A DNA stretch of 64,000 nucleotides from positions 62,001 to 126,000 of the forward strand of contig NIVC01001745.1 of assembly GCA_002269645.1 (NCBI GenBank), read 5' to 3'. The stretch is from Macrostomum lignano (Eukaryota). Shown in pieces: positions 54,901-64,000 of the stretch; within the stretch, counting starts at the first letter, position 1; each line of letters starts with the position of its first letter. Under the pieces are notes generated by a model, which saw only the letters and a list, made by a program, of their open reading frames with translations, had not been told where the DNA came from and searched no databases. Position numbers and translations under genes: made by a program.

Positions 54901-57900
54901 ATGATTTTTTCATGACGCTTCTATGATTTTTACATGACGCTTCTATGATTGTTTATGTGACGCTTCTATGATTTTTCATGACGCTTCTATGATTTATACA
55001 TGACGCTTCTATTATGGTTTGCATGACGCTTGTTGGATTTTTACATGACGCTTCTATGATTGTTTGCATGAGGCTTTTATGATTGTTTACATGACGCTTC
55101 TATGATTTTTTACATGACGCTTCTATGATTGTTTACATGACGCTTCTATGATTTTTATATGACGCTTCTATGATTTTTACATGACGCTTTTATGATTGTT
55201 TATATGACGCTTCTATGATTTTTACATGACGCTTCTATGATTGTTTGCATGACGCTTCTATGATTTTTACATGATGCTTCTATTATGGCTTGCATGATGC
55301 TTGTATGATTTTTACATGACACTTCTATGATTGTTTGCATGACGCTTCTACGATTGTTTATATGACGCTTCGATGATTGTTTATATAACGGTTCTATGAT
55401 TTTTACATGACGCTTCTATGATTGTTTGCATGAGGCTTGTATGATTGTTTACATGACGCTTCTATGATTTTTACATGACGCTTCTATGATTGTTTACATG
55501 ACGCTTCTATGATTGTTTACATGACGCTTCTATGATTTTTACATGACGCTTCTATTTTTTTTCATGACGCTTCTATGATTGTTTACATGACGCTTCTATG
55601 ATTTTTTACATTACACTTCTATGATTTTTACATGACGCTTCTCCGATTTTTACATGACGCTTCTATAATTTTTTACATGACGCTTCTATTATGGCTTGCA
55701 TGACGCTTGTATGATTTTTACATTACGCTTCTATGATTGTTTGCATGACGCTTCTACGATTGTTTATATGACGCTTCGATGATTGTTTATATAACGGTTC
55801 TATGATTGTTTACATGACGCTTCTATGATTGTTTGCATGAGGCTTTTATGATTGTTTACGCGACGCTTCTATGATTGTTTACATGACGCTTCTATGATTT
55901 TTTACATTACACTTCTATGATTTTTACATGACGCTTCTCCGATTTTTACATGACGCTTCTACAATTTTTTACATGACGCTTCTATGCTTTTTTAAATGAC
56001 GCTTCTATGATTTTTTTACATGACGCTTCTATGATTTTTATATGACGCTTCTACGATTGTTTACATGACGCTTCTATGATTGTTTGCATGACGCTTCGAT
56101 AATTGTTTATATAACGGTTCTATGATTTTTGCATGACGCTTCTATGATTGTTTGCATGAGGCTTTTATGATTGTTTACATGACGCTTCTATGATTTTTAC
56201 ATGACGCTTCTATGATTGTTTACATGACGCTTCTATGATTTTTATATGACGCTTCTATGATTTTTACATGACGCTTCTATGATTGTTTGCATGACGCTTC
56301 TATGATTTTTACATGACGCTTCTATTATGGCTTGCATGACGCTTGTATGATTTTTACATGACGCTTCTATGATTTTTACATGACGCTTCTATTTTTTTTC
56401 ATGACGCTTCTATGATTGTTTACATGACGCTTCTATGATTTTTTACATTACACTTCTATAATTTTTACATGACGCTTCTCCGATTTTTACATGACGCTTC
56501 TATAATTTTTTACATGACGCTTCTATGCTTTTTTAAATGACGCTTCTATGATTTTTTTACATGACGCTTCTATGATTTTTATATGACGCTTCTATGATTG
56601 TTTACATGACGCTTCTATGATTTTTTACATGACGCTTTTATGATTTTTTACATGACGCTTCTATGATTGTTTACATGACGCTTCTATGATTGTTTACATG
56701 ACGCTTTTATGATTTTTACATGGCGCTTCTATGGTTTTTATATGACGCTTCTATGATTTTTTCATGACGTTTCTATGATTTTTACATGACGCTTCTATGA
56801 TTTTTTACATGACGCTTCTATGATTTTTACATGACGCTTCTATGATTTTTTCATGACGTTTCTATGATTTTTAGATGATGCTTCTATGATTTTTTATATG
56901 ACGCTTCTCTGATTTTTACATGACGCTTCTCTGATTTTTACATGACGCTTCTATGATTTTTACATGACGCTTCTATGATTTTACATGACGCAATTCTTTT
57001 TAAAAAGTCTTTAATTAAAAAAATATACTCTATGAAAATTCGAACCATCGTCGCTGCATTTAGCAGTTCAGTTTGTTCACCTCTAGGCTAGCTCTTATCG
57101 TTTTGATAACATCAAATTTTGCACTTATATAATTCAACACTTTAAAATCCAAGCATTGAGTAAATCACACAAAGCAGTTATGACATAATCAGTTTCTCAG
57201 TCAGTCAGTATCAGATAACAATATGGTTACGCAATTTAAATCAAGTCTGGTGCTATGCTTCCACACTGCATTTTCAATTCAAGTCGGAGTTACAATTCAG
57301 TTATGATGCAATCTATTTCAGAATCAGAATTCAACCAGTCAGTTTTTTCTCTAGCATTCTTACAATGCATTTCAAGTCGAAAACTTTGCTTGACCTTTGC
57401 AAAAAAGCATGTTTTTCGAATATTTAATGCCTTTAGCATTGAGCAATTTCTTAGCCACAATGCATGTACCGTCACGGGAAAATTTCTGATCGAACAGTGC
57501 AAGTCTCATGAAAATCGGTCCAGCCATTTTTTCTCTAATCGATTGCGTACAAACAAACAAACAAGCAAGATTTTCATTTTTAGTATATTGGATATAGATA
57601 ATGATATACTTTTGCTATGGGCATAGAATTTCCACTAAAATTTATAACACAAAAAGTATATACCTTACTAATTTCTTTTCAAATGCCTAGGCCCTATCTA
57701 AAAAAACTTTTTGGGCCTATAATAAAGACTGGTCATAGAATATATAGTATATGTGTTTGATGTTTTTAAACTAAACAGTTTAAACTAAATCATTTTTTCT
57801 TTTCTGTATTTATTCATTACTTTATTCATATATATATTACTATCATTACTATCATTAAAACCATTATATTCAGTGGCAACGCAGGGGCTAGCAAGGGGGT

Positions 57901-58797
57901 TATAAACCCCAGGTGACTATCAGTCACCCCTTTATAGGGAGTGACCACCTCTTTAGCAAAAAATTCTTAAAGTATGTGCAAGACCATGAGAAAAATTTCT
58001 TTATTGTAGGGGTAGGGGCAAGGGGGAGTGACCACCCAACCACTGCCCCCCCCCCCACTAGAGGTGCTGTGCCGCCAGATATATAAATATATAACTTATT
58101 CTTAGATCTATAGCAAAAAATTTTAAGATAACATTACAAAAATATAATTCTAAATTAAAAGAGTATACATACACAACACATGTCAGTAAATATTTGTTTG
58201 AGTATACCAGTAAATGCATTGAATTCTTAAAAATAAAACAATGAATGTATGCAATTATAGGCCCTAATCTAAATAAGTCTTTTTGATCAAGAATAAAACA
58301 AATATAGTAGGCCTTTTATTACAGTTATTAGAGCTGCTATCGACGGAAAAATGTAGATGAATAGAACTGCAAATATTCTGCTGAGCCAATCTATCACAGT
58401 GATGCAGCAAGAGGGGGCAGGAGGACCTGGGCCCCCAAAATTAACTCTCCACAAAAATTCTGGACAAATAATTACGCATCCCCCTGAAATTCCAGAGAAA
58501 AATCCCTCCTCCCTACACCCCCTCCTCCGGGTTCGGAATGCCCCCCTCAGGCCCCTGAAATAAATCCTGGCTGCGCCACTGATCTATCAGTATCATTGTA
58601 TCAGTGTTAATATACCGAATATAGCCATTGCACTTATAATGATTGCGACAAACTGTTAAAGATTGCTAAAAATTTAAGACCAAAAACCGAGCAAAGAATA
58701 AACTTTTTCTTACTCGAATATCGCCCAAAACACCTTTGTTTTCAAGCGTTTGAGAAACTAAGTCTCGAAGCTCATGGTCTTCTCTATCGAGTTCCAT
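51967..58797 (-). CDS. cep43: FOP/CEP43 (FGFR1OP)-like centriolar protein, N-terminal LisH/dimerisation domain (~142 aa as modelled)
   Basis: Exons 58797-58714 (MELDREDHELRDLVSQTLENKGVLGDIR), 53288-53180 (AQLRASIFLALDDEEK...), 52336-52109 (GRQAFTLIVELLEHFNLKHSLAVLTQEA...), phase-consistent. The terminal exon 51974-51967 is tentative. Confidence 0.8.
52430..53070. repeat. 28-bp minisatellite (GGGATCCCATCCTTAGAGTGGAAGCAAT)n, ~23 copies, FOP-like intron 2
   Basis: Direct tandem repeat. Confidence 0.95.
53918..53962. repeat. Interstitial telomeric repeat (CCCTAA)n inside the Helitron
   Basis: Five perfect consecutive CCCTAA plus two further units (one imperfect); a decayed copy at ~54330-54380. 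Confidence 0.85.
54880..56990. repeat. 22-23-bp satellite (CATGACGCTTCTATGATTTTTA)n, ~93 copies, inside the Helitron
   Basis: Direct tandem repeat. Confidence 0.97.
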
Positions 58798-59419
58798 CTT
58801 TTTATCGAACTAACCACGAAACCTTGAATAAATTGGCTGACTAAGGTATACGATTACTCAAGGAAACTATATCGAATACTGAAATACAACTGTAATTGAT
58901 ATTGCTCGATGCAGTGGGCAGGACTTGTTAAATTTTGCCAATTTAATTCCTCCTTCGCAAGTAATTTGAACTCTTCGCTTCCTGGTCGAACAGATACATT
59001 TGTTCAGAAATAGACAATAAAAACGTATACACATTTTTTTAAATACAAAATGTACTATCATTCATCTATATTTACCTTAAAAGTCTGCTAAATGTTTGAC
59101 TTAACTGGATTTGTTATTATTTACTTTTAATTTCCGGACTTTTACGGCCGGTTAAAATATGTATATATTCCAAAAATCTATTTCACAAACTAACTCACCA
59201 ATACTGAAAGGCTAGTTGCAACTGCACTTCTATTAAAGCACGGAGTTTCCTGGAAAAATGCATTCGAAAGGAGCAACTTAGGCGTATTTGCATGTGGATT
59301 TCTCGCACATCATGGGCCTAAGTTCAATAAGATGTACATGTATTTTATAGATATTTCGCCTCAGAAATAATAATAATAACAATAATCTCACGCCCCGCGC
59401 CGACCACAAAAAAGTGGCC

Positions 59420-60030
59420 AAAAAGAGGAGGCGTCAAATCGCGCGCTTCGTGGCAAGGTCTCTGATGTGCTTCACGCCTGCTGCCGGCCTGCATGGCTGG
59501 GTGCTCGCGCATCATCGAAAAGACGCTCGATCCACGGCGAGCCACTCGTCCCTGTCCGCGAATGCGAGGTCCCTGCGGAGTCCACAGCAGGACGTCCTGC
59601 AGCGTCTCTGGGCAGTAAGGCTTCGACCCGGATAAACATGCCCCGCAAGCCGCGCAGACGTCGCTTGCTCAGCAGGAAAGACGGCAGCGTCAGGCGCGAT
59701 TGCTGGTACCAGGGAGTCAGTCGTCTCGCTGCTGCCAGGGCCGTGGCGGGCGCCAAACGCGGCACGAACCAGAGCCGCATGCGCCGCGATGAGCTGCCTC
59801 TCGAGCGCCCCGGTCAGCGACCAGGTCTCAGCATTGTACAAGAGGGCGATCTCAACAACAGCCTGGAACAGCTGGGACCTGGCGCTGGCCGACAGGGCCT
59901 CCGAGAGCAGCACCGCCCGAACAGATCGAAAAGCGACATAGGCCTTGCCGCGCCGTCTCGCCAGGTCGTCGCTCACGTCCGGCACCAGTCCGCCGAGGTA
60001 GAGGAACTGATTACCTTGAGGCACGGAAAG
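59420..60030 (-). mobile_element. 5'-truncated, frameshifted RTE-clade LINE fragment (post-RT region)
   Basis: NQFLYLGG...DLARRRGKAYVAFRSVR...LFQAVVEIALLYNAETW matches the FxYLG / KAxxAF / LLYGxETW pattern of RTE ORF ends; the continuation (YQQSRL...AGH) is split across frames. Confidence 0.75.
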
Positions 60031-62719
60031 AATTCCAAATGAAGCAAATTTCTGTTTCGTTCGAGGTGCAAGAATTAAATTTGTTGCGCAGAAAGTTTCA
60101 AAAGCATGTAAGAGGATGTGATAGGCAGTGTCTGATTTGCTGTCTGAATTCATCGATACGAGCCGGTATGCAGATTGACTGCTGCTCGAACCAAGCTGCG
60201 GTTTCTTTTTTAAAACCCAGTCTGGTTTAACTTCCATACAGTACTATTAGCTAGGGATTAGATAGAAGGGATAGAGATTGGTTGCTCGTAGACTGAGATA
60301 TCTTGAGAAATTCTACATTCTATTCTTCTTCCTTACATACATTGTACAACTGTACATGTAACTGTCACATGCGATTCCACGACATCTGTTCCCCCGTCAT
60401 TTGGAGCGTGATCTGCTTGCAGAATTGACTCAACCGCATGTCGATAAGCCATATGATGGATATATTGTAGCATCTTATGAGTTCACTGCGCAGCACCTCC
60501 CGCGATAGCCTTTAGCTAGTCAAATTTGCTTGCAGAAGAGATCAGATCTGCTTCCAGTTGGGCAGTGTATTGTAAATAATTGAAGACAGAAGTCCCGTCA
60601 GGACTCTGTGGGAGTCATAATTGCTTTCGCTCGTCTCAACTCAAAGTCGCCGCAAATCAGTTGTGATGCGGCCGCAGAAATGAAGCTCACGAGTTCCTTG
60701 TCTCCTGCTCTTCTTTTCCAGACTCAACTTCTCAACTGCTTTATATACATGTACTATTATAACAAAACACGAGAGCCTGACTTGGTGAGTCAGGTGCATC
60801 TGGGGCTAGTCGATTTCTTCATGAATCCCTGTCACAAGCTGCTGTACGAGTATATTAGAACCCTAGCTGCTGTACAAAACTTGAAACAAACAAATAGTTG
60901 ACATTGTGCACCCGATGTATATAGAGTTCGTAAATGGAGTCTAAAGTCTAACAATGTAAAAACAAGGATTACTTTGTTTTAATTGATTTACAATCCAACA
61001 GACTTAAAACTCGGTAACTTTTGAAAAACTGGTTTATTCATTTAACGACCGCTGCGTTTTCAAATGTGCGATACAAGAGCGTCAAGTGCTCTGCTGCTGC
61101 TAGAGGAAAATAGGCTAAATTGCTGGACTAACAAGTGCGGCACTTGGCCACGGCACCGAGTGTCTTCGCAGGTCAGCAGTAGATCCAGCTAAAAACCTCA
61201 GTTCCGCAGGGATTATAGGCGCGGCGTGTTTGGTTAGTTTTTAACTCAACTGGCAAACACAGCTCAACTCATAAGCAACTTTGCTTGTGTGCGGCGTAGA
61301 ATCTCTGACCTGAAGCGCTCCGTGCGTGGGGAAACTTACAGAGATTAGCCAAGACTGCAGGTTAGGTTCTATTAACCGGTTGAACTATCCGAATGACTTT
61401 CGGATAATCCCTGATCCTCAGAGTTTAACTGTATTCATTGGTACTACGTGATGCGTTAGCAGAGAGCTATCTAAACCAGTTTTAGCCCTACATAATCGGC
61501 AATATACGGTTTTCACAAATCTCTGACGGAAAATTTATGGATCCAGTGCCCTGCCTCTTTAGCGCATTTGATGCGTGCGCTGCATATGTGAGGTTGGCGT
61601 CATCAGAAGCGCTGGACTTGCGTGACTGCTATTTTAAGATTAGTTGGCGTCGCGCCCTGTTGCCTGACCGCCCGCTATCACCACGCCGGCCGGTCTGTCC
61701 AGCGACCTGTTGCTCCGTCGACGACTGCAGCTGGTAGGCCACTTAGTCAACAGGCACTGGGCGTTTATTTGACGCCTTTTGACTTGAAGCGTACTTTTTC
61801 GTTGCTGTTGCTACCCAAACGTGATTACTGCATCTACGTTTAACACCCGTCATGCTTGATTCATATAGTCCCGCCCCATTCTCCTAACCATACTTACTAT
61901 TTTATAGCAGAAAATACAAGGTACAAGTGATGTCAGTATTTTACCATAACTTCCAGCAATGTAGAATTATTTTGCATTCACACGTGAGCTTTCATATTGC
62001 AGCGATCAGTGGGTACATTTATATTTTCACAGCTCACTGAATGAGGGTACAGTATGAGGTCAAAAAGATTCTCTAGCAGCAGATGAGACAGTAACGTGCA
62101 GCAGCTTGGGTATTAGTAGTCCGATGGCCCTGTTTCGCACACAACTGGTACTACACTGCGTTGAGATTAGGCTGTTCAGATAGATATCAAGGACGAATTA
62201 AATACATGTAGCTATAGACGGGACTCTACGTTTCCTAGAAATCCACCGAATCTTTTTAGCATAAAACAAATACTTAAATAAAGATATTAGCACTCAATGT
62301 CGGCTTCCAAAGGAACATTGTCACATGATATAGAAGTTATAAAAATAGAGCTTCATACAACGGCAATTCTTTAGCATATGTGAGTCTTCAATTTTTCTCT
62401 TTAAAACTTACATTGCGAGTAGTCCCGCCATTGTAATTCTATCGGTTCTCGCTCGTATCAGACAGGTAGCTGTGATAAGGCTGGAAGAGAATCCACATGT
62501 AGAGTTATTTAATTTTTTAAATGCTCATTATTGTTTGGGTCCCGAAGAATCGGAGGGAATTTGAAATCTATAAAAAAACTTGTAAGGGGTGTCACACAAC
62601 AGACACGTGCTGCATTGCCTGTCCTCTCGAAAGTCTCGATGAATTTCCGTCGTGGAGGTGCTCATTTCTGGACGCTTCCGGGCATAAAAATATTCCAACC
62701 AGTTCGGTGTCCTCATCAA

Positions 62720-64000
62720 CTACGCTGGATGCTTCCTCGAGGACGACGCACGGTCCCGAAGTAATTTCGTCGGGTGATTGGGCGGACCTGGTGCAGGCAG
62801 GCGTTCGCAGGTGGTTCGCACTTCCGGACAAGCTCCGTTAGCCATTTGACCAGCTTGCCGAGTCCAGCGCGAGTGAAGGTAGCTGGACGCAACTTGAGTG
62901 CACTTGATGCCCAGAATGGCCAGGAACTCGAACAGCTCAACGAATGTCACCAGAGACATGCCAACCCAGAGGCCGCCGATTCCGCCTAGCTCAGACAGAA
63001 CCTCAACAAACGAATACGACGGCGATTCGTGAATAAGCGTGCTTTTGGACTCTTCTGCGAACACCTGTAGTTTTACAAAGTTTTGCCTCACAAATCTGTG
63101 GCTGACGCTCCAGCCTTTCTCGAAGTCCCGCGACCCGTCCGGGTGTCGGTGAAATCTGACGATTTGATCCAACAGCTGCTGGCCCTGGTAGCGGGCCCGG
63201 TGGAACTTCGGGCTAACAAACGTGTGGATGAAGGCCTCCAGGTCGGTGTGCGCAGGCCAAGGAACGGACGCGATCGAGTATGTGTAACTGCTCTGCTCGC
63301 AGGCCTGAACAGTGCCGCACTCAGACGCAAACTGATCATAAAGCTCCGTGCGAACTTGATTTTCAACATCGTTGAAGCTTTTCAGCTGTTGAAACTTGTA
63401 GGCCCCGAAAGATGCGGAGATGTTCTGCGCAGAAACGCCAGCAGCTCGCAGGTAATGGCAGAGAGCCGAGCGGTCCTGCGTCGGAAGGAACGTCGATTGA
63501 CAGTGGCACTTGCGCATGAGGTGCTCCTGCCACTTCCTGACCACGCAGTCCTGGCCTCGCTTGCGAAACCGCTGTATTGCCTCGGCCTCCGACGCCCAAT
63601 AGTCGGTGTGGCCGTAGTTTTCAACACAGTTATGTCCCGTTCTGTTTACGTAGACGTTTCGCTTCATCTTGAAGCGAAAGTCGGCGCTCCAACCGTTGCC
63701 AACGTCGGCGCCCTCCCAGTACACGTGCGGATACGTGCCAGGTTCGTGCACGAGCAGCCTGACGCCGCTGGACACTTGCATGCCGGCCTTGCCGAACACC
63801 GTGTCCAATTGTCTTAACGTCGAGCGATGCTTTGGCGGCGGATATTCTACCACGTGATCCGACTGGCTGGAGTTATCCAGTGGCATTGTGCTGGTATACA
63901 GGATTATATTCAGGCCGTCATTGGGCCCGGTGCCTTGCACGCTTCGATCCTTGGGTCGGAATGACCAGCAATTCCAATAGTGCGAGTTCTGCACCAGCTT
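62720..64000 (-). CDS. DEG/ENaC (amiloride-sensitive sodium channel family) subunit, C-terminal part; 5' end lies outside the window
   Basis: Uninterrupted frame from the window edge. Motifs YWNCWSF, GPNDGLNIIL, GVRLLVHEPGTYP, Cys-rich thumb (C..KCHC..CEQSSY), KLQVF, and TM2 VLSELGGIGGLWVGMSLVTFVELFEF. Confidence 0.93.
   Translation of the reverse strand, partial: KLVQNSHYWNCWSFRPKDRSVQGTGPNDGLNIILYTSTMPLDNSSQSDHVVEYPPPKHRSTLRQLDTVFGKAGMQVSSGVRLLVHEPGTYPHVYWEGADVGNGWSADFRFKMKRNVYVNRTGHNCVENYGHTDYWASEAEAIQRFRKRGQDCVVRKWQEHLMRKCHCQSTFLPTQDRSALCHYLRAAGVSAQNISASFGAYKFQQLKSFNDVENQVRTELYDQFASECGTVQACEQSSYTYSIASVPWPAHTDLEAFIHTFVSPKFHRARYQGQQLLDQIVRFHRHPDGSRDFEKGWSVSHRFVRQNFVKLQVFAEESKSTLIHESPSYSFVEVLSELGGIGGLWVGMSLVTFVELFEFLAILGIKCTQVASSYLHSRWTRQAGQMANGACPEVRTTCERLPAPGPPNHPTKLLRDRASSSRKHPA

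Larger units (their letters stand above)
53814..57598 (-). mobile_element. Non-autonomous Helitron (~3.8 kb) in FOP-like intron 1
   Basis: Minus strand: A|TCTATATCC at 57598, then (TTTG)4 and a GGCTGGACCGATTTTCA...GAAATT block; 3' GC hairpin GCTCCC-AACG-GGGGGC 8 nt before CTAG|T at 53814; A/T insertion site with no TSD; no transposase ORF. Confidence 0.72.

Noticed and set aside
57870-58585. CAGTGGC...GCCACTG ends suggesting a MITE
   Set aside because: The match is only about 7 bp, the flanks give no convincing TSD, and the interior looks like two unrelated fragments.
60300-62500. Moderately GC-rich stretch with short ORFs (e.g. 60608-60901, 61537-61843)
   Set aside because: Frequent stops in all frames and no recognisable motif; could be UTR or decayed TE sequence, but nothing I can support.

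Overview
Eukaryotic (animal) genomic DNA with GC-rich coding exons, AT-rich intergenic DNA and introns filled with private minisatellites. This style and the TTAGGG-type telomere repeat suggest a free-living flatworm such as Macrostomum; this is inference, not confirmed. I assembled seven host genes by hand from GT-AG junctions with consistent phases: (1) a neurotactin-like type II membrane protein with a catalytically dead cholinesterase domain (-, 4377-10756); (2) Cdc25 phosphatase (+, 12256-15002); (3) an ankyrin-repeat DHHC palmitoyltransferase, ZDHHC13/17-like (-, 18688-21681); (4) PAN3 (+, 27347-33989); (5) an L1/neuroglian/NrCAM-family adhesion molecule, 6 Ig + 5 FN3 + TM (-, 37532-51414), with an apparent 1-nt frameshift in the cytoplasmic tail; (6) a short FOP/CEP43-like protein (-, 51967-58797); (7) the 3' part of a DEG/ENaC channel (-, 62720 to window end). 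Mobile DNA includes a structurally complete 3.8 kb non-autonomous Helitron carrying telomeric repeats and a 2 kb satellite, a second Helitron 3' end abutting a CCAAT-box array, a tRNA-like SINE candidate, and LINE fragments. The most striking pattern is that several unrelated tandem arrays have units that are textbook transcription-factor sites (ETS, CSL/Rel, kappaB, CCAAT). Other candidates are a possible FOP-neuroglian operon and a cluster of GAA-triloop hairpins. Most long low-complexity ORFs in the track are translations of tandem repeats, not genes.
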